Source: an uncultured virus (IMG/VR IMGVR_UViG_3300009419_000009)
Taxonomy: Duplodnaviria; Heunggongvirae; Uroviricota; Caudoviricetes
Length of the DNA: 59,177 nucleotides
IMG/VR virus record: IMGVR_UViG_3300009419_000009
Coordinates: 62,001 to 121,177 of that record
Strand: one strand, 5' to 3'
Made by a program: the position numbers and the translations under genes. The notes beneath the pieces are model-generated. The model was not told the DNA's origin and made no database searches. It worked only from the letters and a program-made list of their open reading frames with translations. Numbering within the stretch: the stretch's first letter is position 1; every line of letters begins with the position of its first letter. Below, piece by piece: positions 37,201-47,000 of the stretch.

Positions 37201-37836
37201 GATCCGACATTGGTCAAACAAGATGATTTGTTTATTAACATTGGTGAATACTATGATCCAAACGGCAGAAGTCAAAGTTCAGATGGTATAAAACTAAACA
37301 GTTCAAATCTTAAAGATGCTTCTCTAAATAATAATAGTATTATTACAGATGCAGGCGAAGTGCTTGCATGGGTGCAAGTTCTTGTGCCACCCGATATTGA
37401 TGAAAACACTGGCGGCCTACGGCTTGGCGCCAGCGCAAGTAGCGTAAACAGTTTTACTGGTGTTTATAAAATCATGGAAGTGCAAAATGAATTCAGTCAA
37501 GGTAAATTTGTACAAACACTGATTCTCATACGTTACCAAGAACAAGAAGCTGACAAGGCCTATAGAGACGCATTGGCTGCGGAAAGTCAAAGAACAACTG
37601 GCGCTGGATCAAATGATCAATCCAATCTTGCAAGAAGTTCAGACACTGTAGCTGATGCAGTTAGTTCTGTAGTTTCCGTAGATCAATCATCACAGGTGGC
37701 AACTTTGTCAAATGGCACAAATGAAGAGCCAACTATTCCACAACCAACATCAGTAAATCAGCCACCAACGCAACTTGCTCTATTGAACACAGGCGACTTT
37801 CCTGAGTCAGTGATAGAACAAACAGATCTAGCTTAA
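34282..37836 (+). CDS. Probable baseplate hub protein (gp27-like, 1184 aa)
   Basis: NPL..Y.SYTY, F.IIEPYG.TL, YNYLYTG.N..VIDF, IIGDP, FTGVY.I..V.N.FSQG.F.Q.L; between gp53 and gp5. Confidence 0.6.
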   Translation: MSNRKFFKDLTPGELQYLRSNAAAIGLSDPTILLRRDDGTTKFDEYLSPQQRDNLFNLLDRPSVREATIRFDQAWNNVPTLDRGNLTNADLNISIANGGVFVAPTVLTADQARARGIAGYDAIKEVVTSRPPVASVEVTAAVSRSGDYFRLSQKQTIAEQSAAETAIRGRNGGAPVTGVRTDATTGVVTVRDNKGDQYVLNRDEQEVFVKQRQTQFSVVEQEENELRYFRSWAEERGVDRAEIDAAFNYRVLNPATNTLQLPTTVNSDFQNHLAEYKAANGRLPFATPATNLEQFGIVSQQTLIAEADSRSRPPGSGAGDKLESTNSVDTAVTLTEAERARLAANAANDSLKREIITNGTAPVVAPTKVVSSQSAVVEVTADSSVAANSVQVDGSGTIKTTTDSAGNAGNNTAAIQNNPLDEYESYTYGIALHVLKKDEYDRLAQNSKQWTPQHTLIASAGRWNESGDPDNSSYTGGNFKRAKGWEDNFYFDNLKMTQLQSPSIIGRGTNTLDMEFTIIEPYGLTLLDRMIRTANDLKQSSYMHLCYMLQIDFFDSVKGLLIDHRKYIPIQLIGMNIKVSGKGSQYVVNAAPFHHKALMNTITTTPQHMDVMSGTLREVFADTNASSESAGGEAATINFREQQDNTGPSNTSSYTGTGNANGTRVATAEGNPSDKVYQVNSYVAMYNGWWKKMKELNATDPQWEPQNIKVRFADEIIKFEKLTKPANAVVAKGPMARSDAKQGVAVPETTKFEGFHFKAGSNIIEVINTVMLSSEYIRRQVLISNKNESKTGPILNTVDWWKVLPQVKLNGFDNVLNRWSYSITYFVVPYTVWNTKHPNLPKKSPVRANCVKQYNYLYTGDNRSVIDFQVEFDMLYFTTVAGLKQYNIDNTGRKESGGKEGADQTNPQIISDSRGANSNTLTPVTHNLIPHDARNAGNNLQQDPIAVALGTIQDSIYSGPNGEMLTVNMKIIGDPTLVKQDDLFINIGEYYDPNGRSQSSDGIKLNSSNLKDASLNNNSIITDAGEVLAWVQVLVPPDIDENTGGLRLGASASSVNSFTGVYKIMEVQNEFSQGKFVQTLILIRYQEQEADKAYRDALAAESQRTTGAGSNDQSNLARSSDTVADAVSSVVSVDQSSQVATLSNGTNEEPTIPQPTSVNQPPTQLALLNTGDFPESVIEQTDLA

Positions 37837-37849
37837 CTCAAGGTAAAAA

Positions 37850-40042
37850 ATGTCAGACAAATTATTTGGAAAAGCACCACCAAAAGAATTTGATAGAAAT
37901 CAAAGCAGTACTCCTGTGGACACAGGAACCTATATTGGTGTAGTAAAAAATGTAAATGATCCCAAACGCAATGGACGATTGAGTGTGTGGGTGCCAGAAC
38001 TAGGTGGCGCTGAAAATGATTCAAAAAGCTGGATCACAGTACGTTATGCCAGTCCTTTTTTGGGCAGTACAGACAATCCCGGAGTACCAGGAAAATACAA
38101 CAAGGACAACACCTATAGAAGCAGTAGTCAAACCTACGGATTCTGGGCAGTGCCGCCAGACGTTGGCAATCAAGTGTTGATAACTTTTGTTAATGGTCAG
38201 CGCGACAAAGGCTTTTGGTTTGCTTGTGTGTTTGATAGAGATGGTCATCACATGGTTCCTGGCAATCCAGGTGGCGCACCCGGTAAGGATTTTGACGCAT
38301 CCAGTGTGTCCGATCCTGATCTCAAAAGCATTATTAATTCTACCAAGGGCGATGTTAATACTCCACTAAGCGAAACCAATCAATACGCTTCCAGTGACAA
38401 TCCGTTGTTGTATCGAAAGAAAACTGTGCATGAGGTACAGGCATTTACCTACATCAATCAAGGACTTGACAGAGACATCACACGAGGTCCTGGTAGAAGC
38501 AGCAGTCAACGAGATATGCCTAGCAATGTTTATGGGTGGAGCACCCCGGGCCGAGGAAAGAATGATCCTGGCAAAGGTGACGGCGATGCAACCAAGCCCA
38601 TATATGAACGCAAAGGTGGACACACGTTTGTAATGGATGATGGCGACTTTTACGGACAAAATCAACAGATACGTTTGCGCAGTTCTACTGGGCATCAAAT
38701 ACTCATGGACGACACCACTGGCGTCATGCACATTATAAATGCAGCCGGCAGTTCGTGGGTTGAAATGACACCAAGCGGACACATAAGCGTGTACGCCGGC
38801 GGCGGAATAAATTTACGGTCTCGTGGAGATTTTAATATTCACAGTGACAGTTATGTAAAAATATATGGTGATGCCGGAATTCAAATGTACACCGACGGAA
38901 AGTTTATTATTGAAGGCAAAAAAGAAGTTGGTATTACCGGCGGTGGTTCTCTTACACTTCATGGCTATCAAAAACTTGCAATGTTCAGTCAAAATGGGCC
39001 AGTACAAATTGATGCTTCGGGAAAAGTTACAATCAAAGGCAAAGGAGAAGTCTTGGTTGATTCTGGTAAAGAGGTAGCTTTACAAACCGGTACAACACCA
39101 GCTCCTCCTAAGGCAACAGAAGGTATTAGCATTTATGATCACGACGACACATTCAACAATGGTCGTGGATGGAACAGCATCAAACGAAGCAGTAAAAGCA
39201 TTGTGTCAATATTCCCAACACATGAACCCTGGAATCGTGCTGGGTACGATGCAATATCTGGGGCACCAGTTCAAATTGACAAACAGCCTATTCCTGCACA
39301 GACCTATGTGGGCGGCGAAGCATCGTCTAGTAGAAACGTAATTGGAAATATACCTCGTGTGGGCACTCCGTTGCCGGCAGACTTTTTGAGCAAGTTTCCA
39401 GGCGTTGATCGAGCAATACTGGAAAATATTGGTCTTGATCTTTTGCCCAAAACAAATAGTTTTACCGCACTGACTGCTCCTCGCGCTAGCCAGGCTATTG
39501 GTACACTGAATGTTGAACAAATGAGTTCTGCATTGATTGGTATAGCATTCACCGAAACACGTGGCGATTCAGCCAGGGATGGTAGTGATTATCAAGTGAT
39601 TAATCCCAGCACACGACAACTAGGCCGCTACCAACACAGTCCGCAAACCCTGGAAACTCTTGGATACATCAAAGCAGGAAGTACATCGTTATACGGCTCA
39701 CAAGCAGTGGACAGGTCAGATGTCTGGACTTCTCGTGCTCGCAGTGAAGGAGTGACCACTGGCAGAGATTATTTACAAAGTCCAGGACTACAAGAAAAAG
39801 CACAAATGGAATATATGAATCTTGCACACAAAACAATGACTGCGTCAGGTGTGATCACCGCCACTAGTCCTCCGGAACATGTAGCAGGCATGTTGTCTGT
39901 AGCGCAAGCAATTGGACCAACAAATGCAGTAAAATGGGCACGAGGTGATTCTAGCGTGACAGATAGAAACCCAAGCGGAGTTACCGCAACCAGTTATTAT
40001 GCAGTCGGGCGCAACTCTATTCTAAGCAACTACAAGTACTAA
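37850..40042 (+). CDS. gp5: Baseplate central spike, gp5/Vgr OB-fold + beta-helix + lysozyme-like C-terminus (730 aa)
   Basis: DP.RNGRL.VW.P, YGFW.VPPDVG..V, GGHTFVMDDG, RLRSSTGHQI.MDD, PTHEPW; TET...N....GRYQ. Confidence 0.85.
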   Translation: MSDKLFGKAPPKEFDRNQSSTPVDTGTYIGVVKNVNDPKRNGRLSVWVPELGGAENDSKSWITVRYASPFLGSTDNPGVPGKYNKDNTYRSSSQTYGFWAVPPDVGNQVLITFVNGQRDKGFWFACVFDRDGHHMVPGNPGGAPGKDFDASSVSDPDLKSIINSTKGDVNTPLSETNQYASSDNPLLYRKKTVHEVQAFTYINQGLDRDITRGPGRSSSQRDMPSNVYGWSTPGRGKNDPGKGDGDATKPIYERKGGHTFVMDDGDFYGQNQQIRLRSSTGHQILMDDTTGVMHIINAAGSSWVEMTPSGHISVYAGGGINLRSRGDFNIHSDSYVKIYGDAGIQMYTDGKFIIEGKKEVGITGGGSLTLHGYQKLAMFSQNGPVQIDASGKVTIKGKGEVLVDSGKEVALQTGTTPAPPKATEGISIYDHDDTFNNGRGWNSIKRSSKSIVSIFPTHEPWNRAGYDAISGAPVQIDKQPIPAQTYVGGEASSSRNVIGNIPRVGTPLPADFLSKFPGVDRAILENIGLDLLPKTNSFTALTAPRASQAIGTLNVEQMSSALIGIAFTETRGDSARDGSDYQVINPSTRQLGRYQHSPQTLETLGYIKAGSTSLYGSQAVDRSDVWTSRARSEGVTTGRDYLQSPGLQEKAQMEYMNLAHKTMTASGVITATSPPEHVAGMLSVAQAIGPTNAVKWARGDSSVTDRNPSGVTATSYYAVGRNSILSNYKY

Positions 40043-40051
40043 GGAGCAAAC

Positions 40052-40429
40052 ATGACAGTATTCAAAGGATTTAGCACTTACAATCGTACCAAGCGATACA
40101 CACTGACTGACTTTGATTTGGTCAAACAAGATATCTTTAATCATTTCAACATTCGCAAAGGCGAAAAGCTCATGCGTCCTGAATTTGGCACAAGCCTGTG
40201 GGATTTATTGTTTGAGCCTTTTGGCAACGAAATATCTTCAGCAATTGAACAAGAAGTTAGACAAATTGTTTCCGTTGACCCTCGTGTGCGCCTAGAAAAA
40301 GTCATTGTTGACACCTATGACAACGGCATCAATATAGCAATTAGCCTGGTGTTTGTACCGTTGAACCTTGGAGATGTTCTTTATTTGAAGTTTGATTTAG
40401 AAAACAAAGCTGTTAGCCTAGCCCAATAA
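40052..40429 (+). CDS. gp25: Baseplate wedge subunit gp25 (125 aa)
   Basis: KQD..NHFNIRKGEKLMRPEFGT.LWDLLFEP, DPRV. Confidence 0.92.
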   Translation: MTVFKGFSTYNRTKRYTLTDFDLVKQDIFNHFNIRKGEKLMRPEFGTSLWDLLFEPFGNEISSAIEQEVRQIVSVDPRVRLEKVIVDTYDNGINIAISLVFVPLNLGDVLYLKFDLENKAVSLAQ

Positions 40430-40448
40430 AGTACCAGATTTACTCAAC

Positions 40449-40456
40449 GGTAAATA
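40449..40456 (+). promoter_or_regulatory. Late promoter GGTAAATA
   Basis: TAAATA core upstream of gp6 and its ACAGGA RBS. Confidence 0.75.
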
Positions 40457-40476
40457 CACAATACAGGAATTAACAG

Positions 40477-43400
40477 ATGGCCGCCACGACAAGACAAACT
40501 AACCTGCTGGTGCAACAGGATTGGAAAAAAGTATATCAGAGTTTCCAGAACGCTGATTTCCAAAGCTATGATTTTGAAACATTGCGCAAGACAATGATTG
40601 ACTACTTGCGCACGTACTATCCTGAAGATTTCAACGACTTTATTGAATCCAGTGAATACATAGCCCTGATTGACTTGATTGCGTTTTTAGGGCAGAGTCT
40701 TGCATTCCGTGCTGATCTAAATGCTAGGGAAAACTTTATTGACACAGCAGAGCGCCGTGACAGTGTGTTGAAACTGGCTCGTTTGGTAAGTTATGTACCT
40801 AAGAGAAATGTAAGTTCCAGTGGTTTGTTGCGCATTGAAGCAATCAGCACCACAGAAGACATTGTGGACAGCAACGGAATAAACCTTGCAAACTTCCCAA
40901 TCAACTGGAATGATCCTGGCAACGACAACTGGCTTGAACAGTTTAATCTGTTGCTAAACTCCGCTTTGGTAGATAGTCAGGTGGTTGGAAATCCTGGAAA
41001 CAATCAAATAATTGGCGGCATTGCCACAGACGAATACAGTCTCAACATATTAAACAATGTGATTCCTACTTTTAATTTTGAAAGTCAGGTCAATGGTACT
41101 GTGATGCGCTTTGAAGTAGTAAGCCCTACCAGCGTGAATCAAGAATATTTGTACGAAGCAGAGCCAAGACCACGCAGTTTGTTTAACTTGTTGTATCGCA
41201 ATGATAACCTAGGAAACGACAGCACCAACAGCGGCTGGTTCTTGCACTTCAAGCAAGGTGAACTACGTAACTTAGACTTTACACTGGATCAAAAACTGCC
41301 CAACCGGGTGGTCAACGTGCAAGTTGACAACATCAACAATGATGATGTTTGGTTGTACCAATTGGACGATGCAGGCAATTACACACAGCTATGGGAAAAA
41401 GTAGACAGCGTAAATGGAGTCAACGTGGTATACAATACCAGCGCCACTCGCACATTGTATCAGGTCAACACACGTGTTGGCGATCAAATTGATCTAGTGT
41501 TTGGCGATGGTGCATTTGCAGATATTCCAAGTGGAAGATTCCGTTTGTTTTATCGAGTAAGCAATGCACTAGACTACAAAATTTCTCCAAGCGAAATGCA
41601 AAACATATTGATTCCCTTTACCTATGTGAGTCGTCAGAATCGCAGTGAATCGCTGACCGTACGTGCTAGTTTGTACTATACGGTAAACAATGCCAGTGGT
41701 CGCGAATCTCTAGCAGAAATTAAAAACAAAGCACCACAGCAGTACTACACACAAAATCGCATGATAACTGGCGAGGACTACAACATCCTGCCATTTACAA
41801 AATTTAATAGTATTCTTAAAATAAAGAGTACCAATCGTTCTAGTTCTGGTATCAGTCGTTATTTGGACACAGTTGACGTAACTGGAAAATATTCCAGCAC
41901 CAATATCTTTGCTGAAGACGGTATTTTATATCGTAACGAAACCATTGACAGCGTGGAATTTATTCCACGCACCAGCGGTGATATTATTGGACAAATCAAT
42001 GAGGTATTGAACAACCAACTGTTGGTTGATAACTACGTGGCATTTAGTCAGTTTATCTATGCCAAGCTACGCAGATTCACCACAACTGACGTTGAAATCA
42101 ACGGCAGTATCTTTACGTCAGCCTGGCAGCAAATGACAGTGAGCACCAATCAAAGCACAGGATTTCTAACGTTGAATTCATCGTACCTTGCTACAATTAA
42201 TCCTGCCACTGGCAATCAGTCTGCAAATACTCTTGCACTGCCTGCACTCAAAGTAGGACAAGCCAGCTCCAATAGTCTACGTTATGTCAAGCCTGGATCA
42301 ATTATCAAGTTCCGTGCCAGTGGTAGTAATTCTCTTGTGGCCAAGTATTTCAACGCGGCAAATGAAATAGTCACTGGCTTTCCAAGCGTAACAGGTGACA
42401 AGTTATTTTTGTATGCCACTGTTGTCAACGTTGCTGGTGACGGCACTGGCAACGGCGTGCTAACAGTCAGTGACAGCGGTCCAATTACATTGAGTACCTT
42501 TGTGCCAACTGGTGCATACATTGAGGAAATTATTCCTAAGATATATAATATTATTCCGCAAGATGTTTTGCGTAGTGCAGTGACATTGATTTCTAGTAAG
42601 AAAAACTTTGGACTCAGACTTGACCAAGTGCTAGGCACCTGGAATATTATACAACCACAGAACTTAAAGTTAAAACAGGATGACTCAGTGCTGATTAATA
42701 CTGATGGATACACCGCTGAATATTCAGATACCAATTCTGGTGATGTGTCTAGCGCAAGTCTTGACAGTTCGTGGATCATTTCGTTCGTGAGTGGAACTTT
42801 TGGTTACAATATCTATTATCGCCAAATCAATTATATTTTTGAAAGTGCGCAGGAAACTAAATTTTATTTTGATCCCAGGGTGCGTGTGTACGACAGCAAG
42901 AGTGCAACCACATTGAGCGATCAAATCAAAGTGCTTCGTTCTAATAGTGTGCCTGATGGTAACACAGCGTTGTACGAAGACAAAACTTGGTTTATTTACA
43001 AGATGATTGTGGATCCAGATGGTCGTGAAAACACCAGTAAGATTCTAGTTAAATTTGCAGACAGCAACAGAGACGGCGTACCCGACAACCCAGACATTTT
43101 TGAAGAGTTGGTAAATCCTGCGGTCAACCCAACCAACAAGTATGTGTACTTTGAACGCACTTTCAACACCAACAGTTTTGTTCAATACAAACCAATTGAC
43201 AGCATTTTGGTATCCACACTGTATGGATCGCAGGGCGAAATTGTGCAGGCTTATAATTTGTACGAAGATGGACAAATTTTTTATGCCACTGACGAAAACA
43301 AATTCTATGATTTGACCGTGACTTCTGTTAGGGGAATTGAAACACGCAGTCTCACACAAAGCAACAACGGTGACAAGTATCTTTGGTTGTTTGGCCGTAC

Positions 43401-44010
43401 AAATGTGTATTTCCAATACCGCCATTTAAGCCCAGCCAATCGCAGAATTGATCCAAGCCCCAACAACATTGTGGACTTGTATATTCTAACCAAACAATAT
43501 GCAGATGATTATTCAATTTGGATTAGAGACACCAGTGGTAAAATTGCTGAGCCTGAAAAAACTGATGTTGAACAACTTCGTCTTGCATATGGAGAATTGG
43601 AAAATTTCAAAACTATCAGTGATACAATTATCTACAATCCTGCAAGATTCAAGCCAGTGTTTGGCGCCAAGGCAAACGAAAGCCTGCGGGCAAAGTTCAA
43701 AGTTGTAAAAAACAGTGAAGCTGTTATAAGTGACAACGACATAAAGGTAGCAGTAATTACTGCAATCAACAAGTATTTTGATACTGCCAACTGGGACTTT
43801 GGTGAAAGTTTTTATTTTAGTGAACTTAGCGCATATCTACATGCCGAGCTCAACACAAGGATTAGTAGTATTATTATTGTTCCTAAAAACACACAACAAA
43901 GTTTTGGTAATCTTTATCAAATCAACGCAGAACCAGATGAAATTATTATCAGCTGTGCAACGCCGGATGACGTTGAAATTATCACAGCTATCACAGCAGT
44001 ACAACTATAA
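40477..44010 (+). CDS. gp6: Baseplate wedge subunit gp6 (1177 aa)
   Basis: YDFETLR, FNDFIESSE, ENFIDTAERRDSV..LA....Y.PKR, FGDG, ES...IK..AP..Y.TQNRMITGEDY, FGE.FYFSEL. Confidence 0.9.
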   Translation: MAATTRQTNLLVQQDWKKVYQSFQNADFQSYDFETLRKTMIDYLRTYYPEDFNDFIESSEYIALIDLIAFLGQSLAFRADLNARENFIDTAERRDSVLKLARLVSYVPKRNVSSSGLLRIEAISTTEDIVDSNGINLANFPINWNDPGNDNWLEQFNLLLNSALVDSQVVGNPGNNQIIGGIATDEYSLNILNNVIPTFNFESQVNGTVMRFEVVSPTSVNQEYLYEAEPRPRSLFNLLYRNDNLGNDSTNSGWFLHFKQGELRNLDFTLDQKLPNRVVNVQVDNINNDDVWLYQLDDAGNYTQLWEKVDSVNGVNVVYNTSATRTLYQVNTRVGDQIDLVFGDGAFADIPSGRFRLFYRVSNALDYKISPSEMQNILIPFTYVSRQNRSESLTVRASLYYTVNNASGRESLAEIKNKAPQQYYTQNRMITGEDYNILPFTKFNSILKIKSTNRSSSGISRYLDTVDVTGKYSSTNIFAEDGILYRNETIDSVEFIPRTSGDIIGQINEVLNNQLLVDNYVAFSQFIYAKLRRFTTTDVEINGSIFTSAWQQMTVSTNQSTGFLTLNSSYLATINPATGNQSANTLALPALKVGQASSNSLRYVKPGSIIKFRASGSNSLVAKYFNAANEIVTGFPSVTGDKLFLYATVVNVAGDGTGNGVLTVSDSGPITLSTFVPTGAYIEEIIPKIYNIIPQDVLRSAVTLISSKKNFGLRLDQVLGTWNIIQPQNLKLKQDDSVLINTDGYTAEYSDTNSGDVSSASLDSSWIISFVSGTFGYNIYYRQINYIFESAQETKFYFDPRVRVYDSKSATTLSDQIKVLRSNSVPDGNTALYEDKTWFIYKMIVDPDGRENTSKILVKFADSNRDGVPDNPDIFEELVNPAVNPTNKYVYFERTFNTNSFVQYKPIDSILVSTLYGSQGEIVQAYNLYEDGQIFYATDENKFYDLTVTSVRGIETRSLTQSNNGDKYLWLFGRTNVYFQYRHLSPANRRIDPSPNNIVDLYILTKQYADDYSIWIRDTSGKIAEPEKTDVEQLRLAYGELENFKTISDTIIYNPARFKPVFGAKANESLRAKFKVVKNSEAVISDNDIKVAVITAINKYFDTANWDFGESFYFSELSAYLHAELNTRISSIIIVPKNTQQSFGNLYQINAEPDEIIISCATPDDVEIITAITAVQL

Positions 44011-44019
44011 AATGACCGT

Positions 44020-47000
44020 ATGAGCATCAAAAGCATAAATCTTTTACCCGAAGTATTTCGTACAGAGCCTAACCGCAAGTTTCTGGCAGCAACCATTGAT
44101 CAGTTGATCAGTGAAGGCGATCAAAGTGTAAGATTAGATTCCTACATTGGTCGTAAAAATGCTCCCACTTGGAAAACTGGTGACACCTATGTGAAAGAAA
44201 CCAATAGCGATAGACAAAATTATCAGCTTGAAACATCAGTCATTGTTGATGGTGGACAAGGCCGCACAGATTTTTACAGCAGTTATCTAGACCTATTGCA
44301 ACAAATTGCATACTATGGTGGTATTACCACAGACCATAGCAGATTATTTGCCAATCAGAGTTATACATTTGATGGATGTTTTGATGTTGATAAATTTGTA
44401 AACTTCAACAATTATCTATGGCTTCCAAATGGCCCACCAGAGATTACTATCACGGCTGGCAATCAAGACATTGCATTAGAATACAGTGTTGTTCGCAATC
44501 TCAATGCACGTGGATATCAGTTTACCGAGTATGGAGACAACAGAAATCCCATTATTACATTGGTAAAAGGTCAGTCTTACAAATTCTTAATCAACCAAAC
44601 AGGAAATCCTTTTTGGATTCAAACAGCCGCTGGTGTATCAGGCACACTAGGGCCTGTTGCTGAACAGTTGAACAGACAGATACTGGGACTAAGCAATAAC
44701 GGAATTGATTCAGGCATACTTGAATTCAATGTGCCACTAGGTGATGCACAAGACGTACAGGTCACTGCTGTGTCTGCAGCCACAGTGGACTTTGCTACCA
44801 CTGCCAGCTACAGCAAAATTCAAAGTTATTTGGTAAATCAACTGGCCAAACAAGGCGGCATTGACGGAGTAAGTCAAGGACTGAATGGAAAAACCCTTGT
44901 GTTTGCAAATGCAGATGTGGACAACGAACTGTGGAAAGATGCCGGCAATTTTGATTTTGACAAGTTTGACGAAACACCATTTGAATATGGCGAACTGGTG
45001 CCAGGCGAAAAACGTCGCTGGGTGTTCCGCATTCGTACAATTGATGTAGGAAACAATCGCCAAATTATAAAACTTGATCCTATCACTGAAGTATTACCTG
45101 GCCAGAAAGTCTATGTAAAAGCCGGACAAAGATATTCCAACGTTGAATTATTGTTAAACAACAGTGGGTTCTATGAAACTATAGATCCTATCACTGCACC
45201 GTTGGACACACTGTACTATCAAGACAATTCAGAGCCTGGCTTCTTTGGCATCATACGTTTGGTCAATCCAGGCACAGAAACCATCAACATTGACAATGAC
45301 ATCATTGGAACAGAAAACTATACCAGCCCTAATCAAGTTGTATTGACCAATGGCATGCATATCAAGTTTGATAACACTGCTACTCCAGCAAGATATGCAA
45401 ACAACAACTATATTGTTGAAGGTGTTGGCACAGCAATTAAACTAATCAACGTTGGTAATTTCACTGTGCCAGAACAATACGCAGTTGACAGCGGATTAGC
45501 GACTCCGGACTACATCACTATCAATCGTGCCAGCAAAGATCTCAATGCATGGAGCCGTAGCAATCGCTGGTTCCATATAAGCACCATTGAAGACGCCGCC
45601 AAATATAGAGAAGATCCAACACTGTTGGATCTATCAATGGTTCAGCGTGGCAAACGCCCAATTATTGAGTTTGATCCAAACATCTATTTGTTTGACTATG
45701 GCCGTACATCCAAGAGCCCAGTGGACATTATTGATTTTACAATAACCAATGCTTTCCAAGACGTTGAAGGTCAAGAGTACTATACAGTACGCATGCCTAA
45801 CGGAATTGTTCGTCAGCTGACACCAGGTGTTCGAGTAATTTTTGCAGCCGACGATGATCTTGAAGTGCGCCGTAGAATATATCGAGTGGATTTTATCACA
45901 ACATCAACTGGTAACAGAATTCACTTGGTAAGCCAAAACACACAAGATTTACCTGCATACGAAGTTGCTGGTGTAACTATTACCAGCAACTTGTCTTATA
46001 ATTTTATACCAACTGTTACTTTTGCCAAGCCATTGCCAGGTATCGGCACACGAGTTGCACAAGGCAATGTGGTACTTAAAAATAGTGGAATTGAAAGCAT
46101 TGATATTGCTTACGGTGGTGTCAACTTTATTGCTGATCCCTATATTAAAATCAACAGCGACTACATTGATCAAGTTCAAACAGAAATTAACTATCGCACA
46201 TTCAAACAGATAGATTATGTTAGAATTGATTCTGCTGGTACCGGCTATACAACTACAACTCCTAACATCAGCATTAGCAACCCAAATCAATATTGGGCAA
46301 CAGTAACAAATGTGAGTCTTGGCACATCAGGTTTGACATTTGAAGTGGCAGCAGGTCCATTAATTAATCCTCCGACCACTGGTGTGATTCAAGTTGACGG
46401 ATCTGGCAATGTGGTTGCTACATTTGGCAATATTGGACTTGGGTATTACCAAGCAAACGTGAGTGCAAGCATCAGCGCCCCAACTGCACCTGCAGGCACA
46501 GTACCAGTTGTAAACAATGTTTATTTGTATGCAAATGGAGCAATTAAATCTATTAGATTAAGCAGTTATGGATCCGGATACCTAACTGCGCCTACTATTA
46601 CATTCACTGGCGCAAACACCTACACTGCTTCAGTAACTACAGTTGGTCGAGTTACAACATCTGCCACATTGTGGGATTTCCTAACACCGGGATATCAAAT
46701 TATTGCCAATGGTATCATTGGTGGCACAATCGTTTCTGCAATTGACAATGAAGCAAATTTAATTACAATCAATGCGCCAGCTGTGTCTGCAAATCTAGAA
46801 GCTGCCACTCCATTAACTGGAGTAAGCACAGTTTCAGTTGGTGATTTGTGGACCTTCAAAGCCAATGCAACTGCTGGCACATTTGCAACTGCCACAGCAA
46901 CACAATTGGCCAGCAAATCAGTCAAAGTCAACGATACCAGCATGTTAGATGTTGGAATGGTTATAAGTGGCGGTATTGACCCAGTATTGATTTCTGATAT

